DNA of 64,000 nt from an uncultured Acidimicrobiales bacterium. Lineage in GTDB: Bacteria; Actinomycetota; Acidimicrobiia; Acidimicrobiales; UBA10347. The stretch is from contig CALSSD010000006.1 of assembly GCA_943788915.1 (NCBI GenBank), positions 62,001 through 126,000 of the forward strand. The letters run 5' to 3'. Positions 19,894 through 28,783 of this stretch are shown piece by piece. The notes under the pieces were generated by a model. It saw only the letters and a list, made by a program, of their open reading frames with translations. It searched no databases and had not been told where the DNA came from. The translations under genes were made by a program, and so were the position numbers. Each line of letters opens with the position of its first letter. Within the stretch, counting starts at the first letter, position 1.

Positions 19894-20748
19894 ATGGCAC
19901 TAAACATCACCGGGACCACTCGGTTAGCAGCCGTTATTGGTGACCCAGTTCGCCACTCCATGTCGCCCCAGATCCACAACGCCGCGTTTGCTGCCTGTGC
20001 TATCGACGGGGTGTACGTGGCACTGCCGGTGGCCCACGGAGATGCCGGTCAGGCGGTCGCAGCGATGCGGGCTTTCGACTGGTTCGGATTGTCGGTCACA
20101 ATGCCGCACAAACAGTCTGTGATGGCAGCGTGCGACGAACTCACGCCGACCGCCGAGATGCTTGGTGCCGTGAACTGTGTGTTCTGGCACGACGGCAAGA
20201 TCGTGGGCGATAGCACCGACGGCCAAGGTTATGTTCGTGGGCTGAAAGCAGAACTCGACCTCGACGTTGCAGGCTTGGAGTGCGCGCTCGTGGGCGCCGG
20301 GGGAGCGGCGGGTGCCGTTGCTCGGAGCTTGGCCGATCACGGTGCTGCCAGCGTCACGGTCATAAACCGAACTGCCGAGAAGGCCGAGTTGGTTGCGGCT
20401 CTTGCGGGTGAGGCTGGTCGAGTAGGCTCGATGGACGAACTGGCGAACGCAGACCTCGTCATCAACGCCACGCCGATTGGAATGGGTTCGACCGATTTCG
20501 TAGATGCCGTACCGTTTGATGTAGCCGCGCTCCGTAACGACGCGGTTGTGAGCGACCTGATCTATCACCCTGCTGAAACCCGACTCTTGGCCGAAGCCCG
20601 GACCCGAGGGCTACGGACACAGAACGGTCTGGCAATGTTGGTGCATCAAGCCGTGGTCCAATTCGAACATTGGACCGGAGTCGCGGCTCCTGTCGATGCC
20701 ATGACCTCGGCCATAACATCATCGCTGGCCTCTCGGACCGAGTCCTAG
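19894..20748 (+). CDS. aroE: shikimate dehydrogenase
   Basis: GDPVRHSMSP, SVTMPHK, GAVN, GAGGAA, NATPIG, DLIYHP. Confidence 0.95.
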   Translation: MALNITGTTRLAAVIGDPVRHSMSPQIHNAAFAACAIDGVYVALPVAHGDAGQAVAAMRAFDWFGLSVTMPHKQSVMAACDELTPTAEMLGAVNCVFWHDGKIVGDSTDGQGYVRGLKAELDLDVAGLECALVGAGGAAGAVARSLADHGAASVTVINRTAEKAELVAALAGEAGRVGSMDELANADLVINATPIGMGSTDFVDAVPFDVAALRNDAVVSDLIYHPAETRLLAEARTRGLRTQNGLAMLVHQAVVQFEHWTGVAAPVDAMTSAITSSLASRTES

Positions 20749-20827
20749 AGTCAATCGGCGGCTATGGAGTCGGTGCTTCAGCGATTACTGCTCAGATGAT
20801 GCGTCACGAGAGCCGTAAGATGGCGTC

Positions 20828-21829
20828 GTGATCATCGTTCCTGTTGAGTTGGCCGACCGCAGCTACAGCGTCATTGTTGGAGACGGCGCGGTGACCGAGC
20901 TGGGTTCCTTGGTTCCGGCCAAAGCCCGCCGTGCCGCAATCGTGACCCAGTCCAGCATCCCCGTCCAGGTGGAGACTGGCATCGAACAGAAGACCTTCGT
21001 CATCGGCGAGGGTGAGCAGCACAAAACTCTGTCGACGGTCGAAACATTGTGTCGAGGTTTCGCCGAGTGGGGTATGACCCGTAATGACGTCGTTGTCGGG
21101 GTGGGCGGAGGCATCGTGACCGATGTTGCTGGTTTCGCAGCTTCGGTCTATCACCGGGGTATCGCTGCGCTCTATGTGTCCACCACCCTTCTGGGGCAGG
21201 TCGACGCTGCCATTGGTGGCAAGACCGGGGTGAACTTGCCCGAAGGCAAAAATCTGGTCGGTGCGTTCTGGCAGCCAAGTGGCGTGATCTGCGACACTGC
21301 GACGCTGGCCTCGTTGCCCGAGCGAGAATTCCGGGCCGGCTTGGGCGAGATCGCCAAGTACCACTTTCTGGGCGGTGGCCAACTCGATGCGCAAGAACTT
21401 CCTGAACGCGTCGCCAACTGCGTGCGAATTAAGGCCGACGTGGTTGCCGAAGACGAGCGCGAGGGTGGTCGTCGAGCCATCTTGAACTACGGCCACACGC
21501 TGGCGCACGCCTTGGAGATCGAAGGCGCCTTTGATCTACGCCACGGCGAGGCAGTCGCTATTGGTGTGGTCTATGCCGCCGAGGTCGCTCGTCGTCTCGG
21601 CCGTATCGATGATGCTGCGGTGAACGAGCACCGTCGGGTCATCGCCGAATACGGTCTGGTGGACCGGTTGCCCGAAGGCACGAACCGCGACCAGGTACTT
21701 GCACTGTTCTCGCGAGATAAGAAAGCTCTCGACGATGTCACCATGGTGCTCGATGGGCCTGCGGGTGTTGAGACTGTCGTCGGCCCTGATAGCGGTGTGC
21801 TTCGCGAAGCACTCGACGCAATGGTATGA
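20828..21829 (+). CDS. aroB: 3-dehydroquinate synthase
   Basis: GGGIVTDVAGF, TTLLGQVDAAIGGKTGVN, LNYGHTLAHA, HGEAVAIG. Confidence 0.95.
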   Translation: MIIVPVELADRSYSVIVGDGAVTELGSLVPAKARRAAIVTQSSIPVQVETGIEQKTFVIGEGEQHKTLSTVETLCRGFAEWGMTRNDVVVGVGGGIVTDVAGFAASVYHRGIAALYVSTTLLGQVDAAIGGKTGVNLPEGKNLVGAFWQPSGVICDTATLASLPEREFRAGLGEIAKYHFLGGGQLDAQELPERVANCVRIKADVVAEDEREGGRRAILNYGHTLAHALEIEGAFDLRHGEAVAIGVVYAAEVARRLGRIDDAAVNEHRRVIAEYGLVDRLPEGTNRDQVLALFSRDKKALDDVTMVLDGPAGVETVVGPDSGVLREALDAMV

Positions 21830-22980
21830 AATCGTCGATGGGTCCTGGGCCCCAGCATCTGGCACCACAGAATCTGGCACCACAGGATCTGGCGCCTCTG
21901 CTCGTAACCGACCGAGAGGCGCGGGCTCTTGCCGAGATCGCTCGCCACGAGATCGATGCGCTGATCGTGACTTCACCGACAAATATTCGTTGGCTTACAG
22001 GCTTCTCCGGATCGAACGCGACCGTCGTTGTCTACGACGCGGACATCACGTTGTTCACTGATTCTCGGTACGCAGATCGGGCGCCGGTCGAGCTGGCGGC
22101 GGCAGCGAGTTCTGCAGAAATCGTGATCGCCAGAGCCACATTGGGTGACGAAATCCAGGAGCTCCTGGGTCGCGCCGAGTTGGTAGGGCTCGAGGCCGAA
22201 CACGTGAGTTGGGCACAACAACGCCGGATTGGCGAGGAATGGCTTCCTGAGCAGACGATCGTGCCCACTATTGCTCTTGTCGATCAGCTTCGGTCGCAGA
22301 AAGATGATGGCGAGATTGCTCGCATTCGTGCCGCTGCCGAGATCGTCGACGCCGCGCTGACTGTCGTGCGGCCGCTGCTTGCCCAACAACCAACCGAACG
22401 TGACTTTGCCCGTGCACTCGATGCGTCGATTCGCTCCGGCGGTGCTGATGACCTGGGTTTTGACACGATCGTTGCCTCCGGCCCCAACGGAGCTATTCCA
22501 CATCATGCGCCCGGCAATCGCACGATTGAACGTGGCGACCTGGTGATCGTCGACGTAGGGGCAATGGTCCATGGGTACCGCAGCGACATGACCCGTACCT
22601 TCTGCGTCGGGCCAATGAGTCCTGAACAGCGGCACCACTACGACACCGTTCTTGCGGCTCAGCAGGCAGGTGTTGACGCCATGGTCGCCGGAGCAGGTAC
22701 CGCCCAGGTCGATGCAGCAGCTCGGACGGTTATTGCCGACGCTGGGTGGGCCGACAGTTTCACCCATGGCACCGGTCACGGCGTGGGCCTGGACATCCAC
22801 GAGTTGCCTCGTGTCGCCAAAGATGTGCCCGATGTCTATGAACTGGGGACGGTCGCGACCGTAGAGCCAGGGGTGTACCTGAAGGGGAGTGCCGGTGTCC
22901 GCATCGAAGACACCTGTGTCGTCACCACGAGTGGAGCCGAACGACTCACAGGTTTCCCTAAGGACCCCGAAGTTTTGTAA
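21826..22980 (+). CDS. pepQ: Xaa-Pro aminopeptidase (M24B)
   Basis: Creatinase N-domain, GYRSDMTRT, HGTGHGVGLDIHE, TVEPGVY, GVRIED. Confidence 0.9.
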   Translation: MKSSMGPGPQHLAPQNLAPQDLAPLLVTDREARALAEIARHEIDALIVTSPTNIRWLTGFSGSNATVVVYDADITLFTDSRYADRAPVELAAAASSAEIVIARATLGDEIQELLGRAELVGLEAEHVSWAQQRRIGEEWLPEQTIVPTIALVDQLRSQKDDGEIARIRAAAEIVDAALTVVRPLLAQQPTERDFARALDASIRSGGADDLGFDTIVASGPNGAIPHHAPGNRTIERGDLVIVDVGAMVHGYRSDMTRTFCVGPMSPEQRHHYDTVLAAQQAGVDAMVAGAGTAQVDAAARTVIADAGWADSFTHGTGHGVGLDIHELPRVAKDVPDVYELGTVATVEPGVYLKGSAGVRIEDTCVVTTSGAERLTGFPKDPEVL

Positions 22981-22996
22981 GCACCTTTGTAGCGAC

Positions 22997-23180
22997 CGGA
23001 ACGGTTGATGTCCAAGGAAGTCAGCCAGCGGGTGACCGCTACTCGATGTCTTCGGAGCCTGCGGTCACCGGGCGTGTGCTGGTGCTTCGACCCGCCGTTG
23101 CAAGGAGCAGGTCGGGACCTGCAGGACCCGGAGACGAACCTGAACACGGCCCGTATTTCCTCCAAAGACTTCTCGTTCCG
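22997..23180. ncRNA. candidate structured RNA (~185 nt) upstream of efp, family unassigned
   Basis: Closing stems CGGAACG/CGTTCCG and GAAGTC/GACTTC; internal hairpin GGTGACCGC/GCGGTCACC; long arm GGGCGTGT...ACACGGCCC. Confidence 0.35.
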
Positions 23181-23258
23181 CCAGTGGCGAAGTTGGTGCC
23201 CGAATTCGGGGTGTGACGTCGGCTCTCGAATGGGCCCGTCGCGGTTAGCCTGCTGGCC

Positions 23259-23822
23259 ATGGCAGTTATCTCGACCAGCGACTTCAAGACAGGCATGACG
23301 CTTCAGATCGACAACAACCTGTTCCAGGTCGTCGATTTTCAGCACGTCAAGCCTGGCAAAGGTCCCGCATTCGTTCGCAGTACGTTGCGTAATTCGCGCA
23401 CCGGTGCGGTGATCGACAAGACATGGCGCGCCGGCGAGAAGACCGAACGTGCCATGATCGACAAGCGCGAAATGCAGTACCTGTATAACGATGGCACCGC
23501 GTATGTGTTCATGGATACCGAGAGCTACGACCAGATAAACGTTATGCCCGTATCACTCGGTGATGCTGCGAACTATCTCGTCGAGACCGCAAATGCCGTC
23601 ATGTTGATGCATGGCGATGAGATCATCGGCGTCGACCTGCCATCGAGCGTCGAATTGACGATCGCCGAAACCGAACCTGGCATCCAGGGCGACCGGGTGT
23701 CAGGTGCAACCAAACCAGCGACCCTCGAGACAGGCCTTGTGGTGCAGGTGCCGCTGTTCATCGAACAGGGCGAAAAGATCAAGGTTGCCACCAGCAACGG
23801 CGAGTACACCGGTCGGGCCTGA
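23259..23822 (+). CDS. efp: elongation factor P
   Basis: FQHVKPGKGPAFVR, PGIQGDR, KPATLETG, VPLFI. Confidence 0.98.
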   Translation: MAVISTSDFKTGMTLQIDNNLFQVVDFQHVKPGKGPAFVRSTLRNSRTGAVIDKTWRAGEKTERAMIDKREMQYLYNDGTAYVFMDTESYDQINVMPVSLGDAANYLVETANAVMLMHGDEIIGVDLPSSVELTIAETEPGIQGDRVSGATKPATLETGLVVQVPLFIEQGEKIKVATSNGEYTGRA

Positions 23823-23823
23823 C

Positions 23824-24237
23824 ATGGCCGATGTCGCGTCACTTGGGCCGGGGCGGCGCGAGGCTCGGGAACGAGCGATTGGTTTGCTCTACGAGAGCGA
23901 AGCCCGCGAACTCACGGTTGAAGTGTTGCTAGAGGAGCAGCCGCTTACCCCAGCTAACTATGTGGTGGCCGTGCTCGAAGGTGTCGAGTCCCGTCGAGAC
24001 GAGATCGATGCGCTGATCAACAGCCACGCCGAAGGGTGGACGGTCGATCGACTACCAAATGTGGACCGCGCCATTCTTCGGCTTGCCATCTGGGAGCTTG
24101 TCGCCCAACCCGATGTTCCTGCTGCTGTGGTCATGGACGAGGCCGTTGAACTGGCCAAGGAATATTCAACCGAACGTTCGTCGAGTTTCGTCAACGGTGT
24201 GCTTGATTCCGTTGCTCGCCAGGTTCGCCCAGACTGA
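23824..24237 (+). CDS. nusB: transcription antitermination factor NusB
   Basis: RREARERA, VDRAILRL, DEAVELAKEYS, FVNGVLD. Confidence 0.95.
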   Translation: MADVASLGPGRREARERAIGLLYESEARELTVEVLLEEQPLTPANYVVAVLEGVESRRDEIDALINSHAEGWTVDRLPNVDRAILRLAIWELVAQPDVPAAVVMDEAVELAKEYSTERSSSFVNGVLDSVARQVRPD

Positions 24238-24252
24238 CCGTCGGCCACAACC

Positions 24253-24774
24253 ATGACGGCCACAAGCATGACACCCCGGCTTCGGATCGATGGTGCGGTG
24301 TTGCGGCCATGGGCGCTCACCGACGCGGAAACGCTGGTCACTGGTTGGTTGGATCCAGATGTGGCCGCGTGGAACTCGGTTCCGTCTACACCCACGGTGG
24401 CGTTGGCCACCCATTGGATCGCTGGGGTCCAGGACCGAGCGGCCAACCGCCAGTCGATCGACTGGGTGATCCAGAGCCACGATACGAATGGTGTCGTGGG
24501 TGAGGTCGGGTTATCCGGCTTCAGTGATGCTCATCGTGGTGCTCTGATCGGGTATTGGCTGCTCCCAGCGGGTCGAGGGCACGGACGTGCCACGGCTGCA
24601 GTTTCTGCCGTGACCAAGTGGGCCCATCAGGCACTTTCACTTGACACGATTGTTGCCAGATGCAACACCAGCAACACCGCATCACAACAAGTTGCGGCCC
24701 GTGCTGGTTATCGACATGAACGCTCCGATCCAACCGGGCATCAACTGTGGATTAGTCGAACGCGCGAGAGCTGA
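24253..24774 (+). CDS. GNAT family N-acetyltransferase (RimJ/RimL-like)
   Basis: IGYWLLPAGRGHGRAT, NTASQQVA. Confidence 0.85.
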   Translation: MTATSMTPRLRIDGAVLRPWALTDAETLVTGWLDPDVAAWNSVPSTPTVALATHWIAGVQDRAANRQSIDWVIQSHDTNGVVGEVGLSGFSDAHRGALIGYWLLPAGRGHGRATAAVSAVTKWAHQALSLDTIVARCNTSNTASQQVAARAGYRHERSDPTGHQLWISRTRES

Positions 24775-24797
24775 CTGCTGCTAGGTTCGGGGACTGA

Positions 24798-24828
24798 CCG
24801 TGAAGTGGGTTCCGTGAGGCCCAGACGG
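24798..24828 (+). promoter_or_regulatory. probable PyrR-binding RNA stem-loop next to the pyrR ribosome-binding site
   Basis: CCGT-GAAG-TGGGTT-[CCGTGA]-GGCCCA-G-ACGG; the hexaloop fits CNGNGA; AGGAGG at 24831-24836. Confidence 0.6.
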
Positions 24829-24844
24829 ACAGGAGGAACGTCCT

Positions 24845-25411
24845 ATGGGCGAACGTGAACGTAGAGGCGCGCCACCCTATGGCGGGAATTTTGTTTCCCG
24901 GGCCCAGGTGATGGATGCCGATCAGATCCGACGAGCCGTTAAACGTATGGCCCATGAGATCGTTGAACGTAACGGCGGCCTGGCCGATCTGGTCATCGTC
25001 GGGTTACAAACCGGTGGTATCGAACCTGCGATCCATTTGGTCGAGGCGCTCGAGGCCATCGAGGGCATCAGGTTGCCCCTCGGCACCGTTGATGTCGCGT
25101 TCCACCGCGACGACATTGGCCTGCGCCCCGTGTTACCAGAGGCCCCAACTGAGATCCCAGTCGAATTAACCGGACAGACCGTGATCCTGGTCGACGATGT
25201 TTTGTTCACCGGCCGAACCGTGCGGGCGGCGCTCGACGCACTCACCGATTTCGGTCGACCCCAGGCAGTGCAGCTTGCAGTGATGGTCGATCGCGGCCAC
25301 CGCGAGTTACCGATTCGTGCAGACTATGTCGGCAAAAACCTGCCCACTGCCCGCAGCGAAGCTGTCGCGGTGACCATGCACAGCGTCGAACTCGGCGAGA
25401 TGGTCAAATGA
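24845..25411 (+). CDS. pyrR: pyrimidine operon regulator / uracil phosphoribosyltransferase PyrR
   Basis: RMAHEIVERN, VILVDDVLFTGRT, DRGHRELPIRADYVGKN. Confidence 0.96.
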   Translation: MGERERRGAPPYGGNFVSRAQVMDADQIRRAVKRMAHEIVERNGGLADLVIVGLQTGGIEPAIHLVEALEAIEGIRLPLGTVDVAFHRDDIGLRPVLPEAPTEIPVELTGQTVILVDDVLFTGRTVRAALDALTDFGRPQAVQLAVMVDRGHRELPIRADYVGKNLPTARSEAVAVTMHSVELGEMVK

Positions 25412-26379
25412 AGCACCTTCTCTCGATCGGTGAGTTGAGCGAGGCCGATCTGCGGGAGATTCTGCGAATCACACCGTCATTTGCCGAGGTCGCCCAACGG
25501 CGCATAGCCAAGGTCCCGGCACTCCGAGGCCAGACCGTGGCACTGCTGTTCTACGAAGACTCCACCCGCACCCGGTTGTCGTTCGAAGTCGCTGCCAAAC
25601 GACTGTCTGCCGACACATTAAATGTGTCGGTCAAAACGTCGTCGGTGAACAAGGGCGAATCGTTACGCGACACGGCCGAAACAATCGAGGCAATGGGCAT
25701 CGATGCCGTGGTGGTTCGTCACCGCTCCTCGGGTGTGCCGTGGCAACTCACCAAATGGCTCGACGCGTCGGTGATCAATGCCGGCGACGGATGGCATCAA
25801 CACCCGACCCAAGCGTTACTCGACTGCTTCACCTTGCAGCAGAAACTCGGCGATCTGGCAGGAAGCCACATCGTGCTTGTTGGCGATATCAAACACAGCC
25901 GGGTCGCCCGGTCCGATGTGCAAGCCCTGACCATGTTGGGCGCCGAGGTCACGCTGGTCGCACCTCCGACACTGCTGCCGCCGGCAATCGGTACCTGGCC
26001 GGTTCGCACCTCTCATGACCTGGATGCGTCGCTAGCCGATGCTGATGCGGTGTATCTGCTGCGTATGCAAAGCGAGCGACAGCACGAGGCGTTGGTGCCG
26101 GACCTGCGCGAGTACAGCACGCTCTATGGACTCACCGCTGCCCGGGCAGCGAAGCTGAGCCCGCACGTGCCGATACTGCACCCCGGCCCCATGAACCGCG
26201 GTGTTGAGATCGCGGCTGATGTACCCGACCTCGAACAAGTAGTGGTCGTCGATCAGGTGCGCAACGGCGTGGCCGTCCGCATGGCCGTGCTGTTTCTCTT
26301 ATTAGGGTCTGGCGTCAACGATCTGCCAAAGGTCCATGCTCAACCTCAAGCCGATGCCAACGTCGGAACAGCCGTATGA
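25408..26379 (+). CDS. pyrB: aspartate carbamoyltransferase catalytic subunit
   Basis: FYEDSTRTR, KGESLRDT, HPTQALLD, HPGPMNRG. Confidence 0.97.
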   Translation: MKHLLSIGELSEADLREILRITPSFAEVAQRRIAKVPALRGQTVALLFYEDSTRTRLSFEVAAKRLSADTLNVSVKTSSVNKGESLRDTAETIEAMGIDAVVVRHRSSGVPWQLTKWLDASVINAGDGWHQHPTQALLDCFTLQQKLGDLAGSHIVLVGDIKHSRVARSDVQALTMLGAEVTLVAPPTLLPPAIGTWPVRTSHDLDASLADADAVYLLRMQSERQHEALVPDLREYSTLYGLTAARAAKLSPHVPILHPGPMNRGVEIAADVPDLEQVVVVDQVRNGVAVRMAVLFLLLGSGVNDLPKVHAQPQADANVGTAV

Positions 26380-27647
26380 CTGCCTTGATCATTAGAGGTG
26401 GCACCGTCATCGACTCCACCGGGACACGCACCGAAGATGTTGGCGTCGTCGACGATCGGATCGTCGACGTCGCAGCGGCCCCAGATTCTGCAACCGTTAT
26501 CGACGCCACCGGCTGTGTTGTGTCGACTGGCCTGGTTGACCTCCATGCCCACATGGGGGAGCCGGGTGACGAAGCAGCTGAGACCATGGAAAGTGGCGGT
26601 CGTGCCGCTGTCCTAGGCGGTTTCACAACCGTGTTGGCGATGCCGAACACGATGCCGCCCGTCGACACTGCCGCGGTCGTTGAGCACATTCGAACGTTGG
26701 CCAAAGCAGCGTTGTGTCATGTCGAAGTAGCTGGGTGTGTCACCGTCGACAGAGCCGGTACCCATCTCGCTCCGCTGGGCGAACTGGCCGAGGTTGGCGT
26801 CCGTTTCGTAACCGACTGTGGCGCCGGCGTGCAGAACCCGCTGCTTCTGCGCCGAGCGCTGGAATACACAACACCGTTCGGGCTTACGATTGCCCAGCCC
26901 GCTGACTGTGTCGAGCTCAGCGTTGGTGCCGAGATGCACGAGGGCGAGTGGTCAAGTTGGCTTGGCTTACCTGGTGCGCCGTCCGAAGCCGAGGAGATCA
27001 TGGTTATGCGTGACATCGCGCTGGCTCGGCTGACCGGTGCACGATTGCACTTCCAGACATTGTCCACGGCTCGGTCGTTTGCACTCGTGGCCGAGGCCCA
27101 GCGCGCAGGTATCAGGGTGAGCGCGGAGATCGCATCGCACCATCTTGTGTTATGTGATGCCGATCTAGCCACGTACGACACCAGTCGTAAAGTTGAGCCG
27201 CCGCTTCGCGAACTGTCGGATGTCGCCGCAGTACGCGATGACGTTTCCTCAGGCCTTATCGACTGCATCGTGAGCGATCACACCCCTCATTCGACCGACC
27301 GCAAGGAACGTCCTTTCGACGCTGCCGATGCCGGTTCTGTCGGGCTTGAAACCGCACTGGCCGTTGCACTAAGCCAAGACATCGCTATCAGCCAGGTGCT
27401 GCGAGCAATGAGTTGGCGGCCAGCAGAACTCCTTGGCCTCGGCAGCCCATCTGCACGTACGATCACCCCCGGCGTAACCGCCAACCTGACCATCCTTGAC
27501 CCCCACGAAAGGTTCACCGTGTCCACACAAACACAAGCCACTGCAGGCACAAACAGCGCGTTCGAAGGCGCTGAGCTGCGAGGCCGAGTGCGAACGACCA
27601 TCGTTGATGGCCGTGTAGTGGTTCACGATGGCGAGATCACACAATGA
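26376..27647 (+). CDS. pyrC: dihydroorotase homologue, possibly non-catalytic (PyrC'-like)
   Basis: DLHAH, MPNT, SDHTPH, GLET present; expected Arg and two His replaced (see findings). Confidence 0.88.
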   Translation: MTALIIRGGTVIDSTGTRTEDVGVVDDRIVDVAAAPDSATVIDATGCVVSTGLVDLHAHMGEPGDEAAETMESGGRAAVLGGFTTVLAMPNTMPPVDTAAVVEHIRTLAKAALCHVEVAGCVTVDRAGTHLAPLGELAEVGVRFVTDCGAGVQNPLLLRRALEYTTPFGLTIAQPADCVELSVGAEMHEGEWSSWLGLPGAPSEAEEIMVMRDIALARLTGARLHFQTLSTARSFALVAEAQRAGIRVSAEIASHHLVLCDADLATYDTSRKVEPPLRELSDVAAVRDDVSSGLIDCIVSDHTPHSTDRKERPFDAADAGSVGLETALAVALSQDIAISQVLRAMSWRPAELLGLGSPSARTITPGVTANLTILDPHERFTVSTQTQATAGTNSAFEGAELRGRVRTTIVDGRVVVHDGEITQ

Positions 27648-28783
27648 GCACAACGAATCCACACAAGGTTGTCGAGGCTGCACTGGTGTTAGCCGATGGC
27701 ACGGTGTTCGAGGGCGAAGCCTTCGGAGCAGCCCCGGCCAGTGGTGTTGCCACCGGCGAGGTCGTGTTCAACACCGTCATGTCGGGCTACCAGGAGGTGA
27801 TCACCGATCCGTCCTATGCCGGCCAGATCGTGACTTTTACCTACCCACACCTTGGAAATTACGGCGTTAATAGCGCCGATCACGAGAGCCGCAGGCCATT
27901 CCTGCGTGGTGTTATTGCCCGCGATGTACCCCGTCGGCATAGCAACTGGAGAAGCGAAACCGACCTCACCAGTTTCCTGGTGGAACATGGCGTAGCAGGC
28001 ATTGCCGGCATCGATACCCGACGCCTGACCCGTCATATTCGCGATACTGGCGCCATGCCAGGCGCGTTCGGCACAGCCGACGAAGCCACGTTGCGAGCTG
28101 CTGCGGTTGCCGAACCTGGCACCGATGGGCTCGACATGGCTGCGACGGTTACGTGCGACTCTCCGTACAGCGTCGCCTCGGCACGTGCCGACAACAAGGC
28201 CCCGTGGAACATGATCGCCGTCGACTTCGGCATCAAGTCCACCATCCTGGATCAGCTGGCGTTATTAGGCGGGGTCACGGTTGTGCCTGCGTCCACCGCT
28301 GCTGCAACCATTCTTGAGCACAAACCTGACGGCGTGTTCTTGTCGAACGGTCCAGGTGACCCTGAAGGTGTTGTTGGCGCCACCGAGATGATCGATGGTC
28401 TTCTGGGCGAGGTACCAGTTTTCGGTATCTGCCTGGGCCACCAGCTGCTTTCACTCACGCTTGGTTTACCTGCCTTCAAGCTGCCGTTTGGGCATCACGG
28501 TGGCAATCATCCCGTGCGTAACCTGGCCGAGGGCACCGTGGAGATCACCAGCCAGAATCACAACTTCTGCGTGGCCGACGACTCGGTAAACGGTGTCGAG
28601 ATCACGCATATCAATCTCAACGACCAAACAGTCGAAGGAATCCGCAGCCTTGATGTGCCTGCATTCAGCGTGCAGTACCACCCCGAAGCGGGGCCGGGAC
28701 CACACGACAGTCGCTACTTGTTCGAACGATTTGACCAGCTCATGACCGACGTACATGGTCAACCCCAGGGAGGTCAGGGCTGA
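27644..28783 (+). CDS. carA: carbamoyl-phosphate synthase small subunit
   Basis: [36 protein letters not shown]. Confidence 0.98.
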   Translation: MSTTNPHKVVEAALVLADGTVFEGEAFGAAPASGVATGEVVFNTVMSGYQEVITDPSYAGQIVTFTYPHLGNYGVNSADHESRRPFLRGVIARDVPRRHSNWRSETDLTSFLVEHGVAGIAGIDTRRLTRHIRDTGAMPGAFGTADEATLRAAAVAEPGTDGLDMAATVTCDSPYSVASARADNKAPWNMIAVDFGIKSTILDQLALLGGVTVVPASTAAATILEHKPDGVFLSNGPGDPEGVVGATEMIDGLLGEVPVFGICLGHQLLSLTLGLPAFKLPFGHHGGNHPVRNLAEGTVEITSQNHNFCVADDSVNGVEITHINLNDQTVEGIRSLDVPAFSVQYHPEAGPGPHDSRYLFERFDQLMTDVHGQPQGGQG

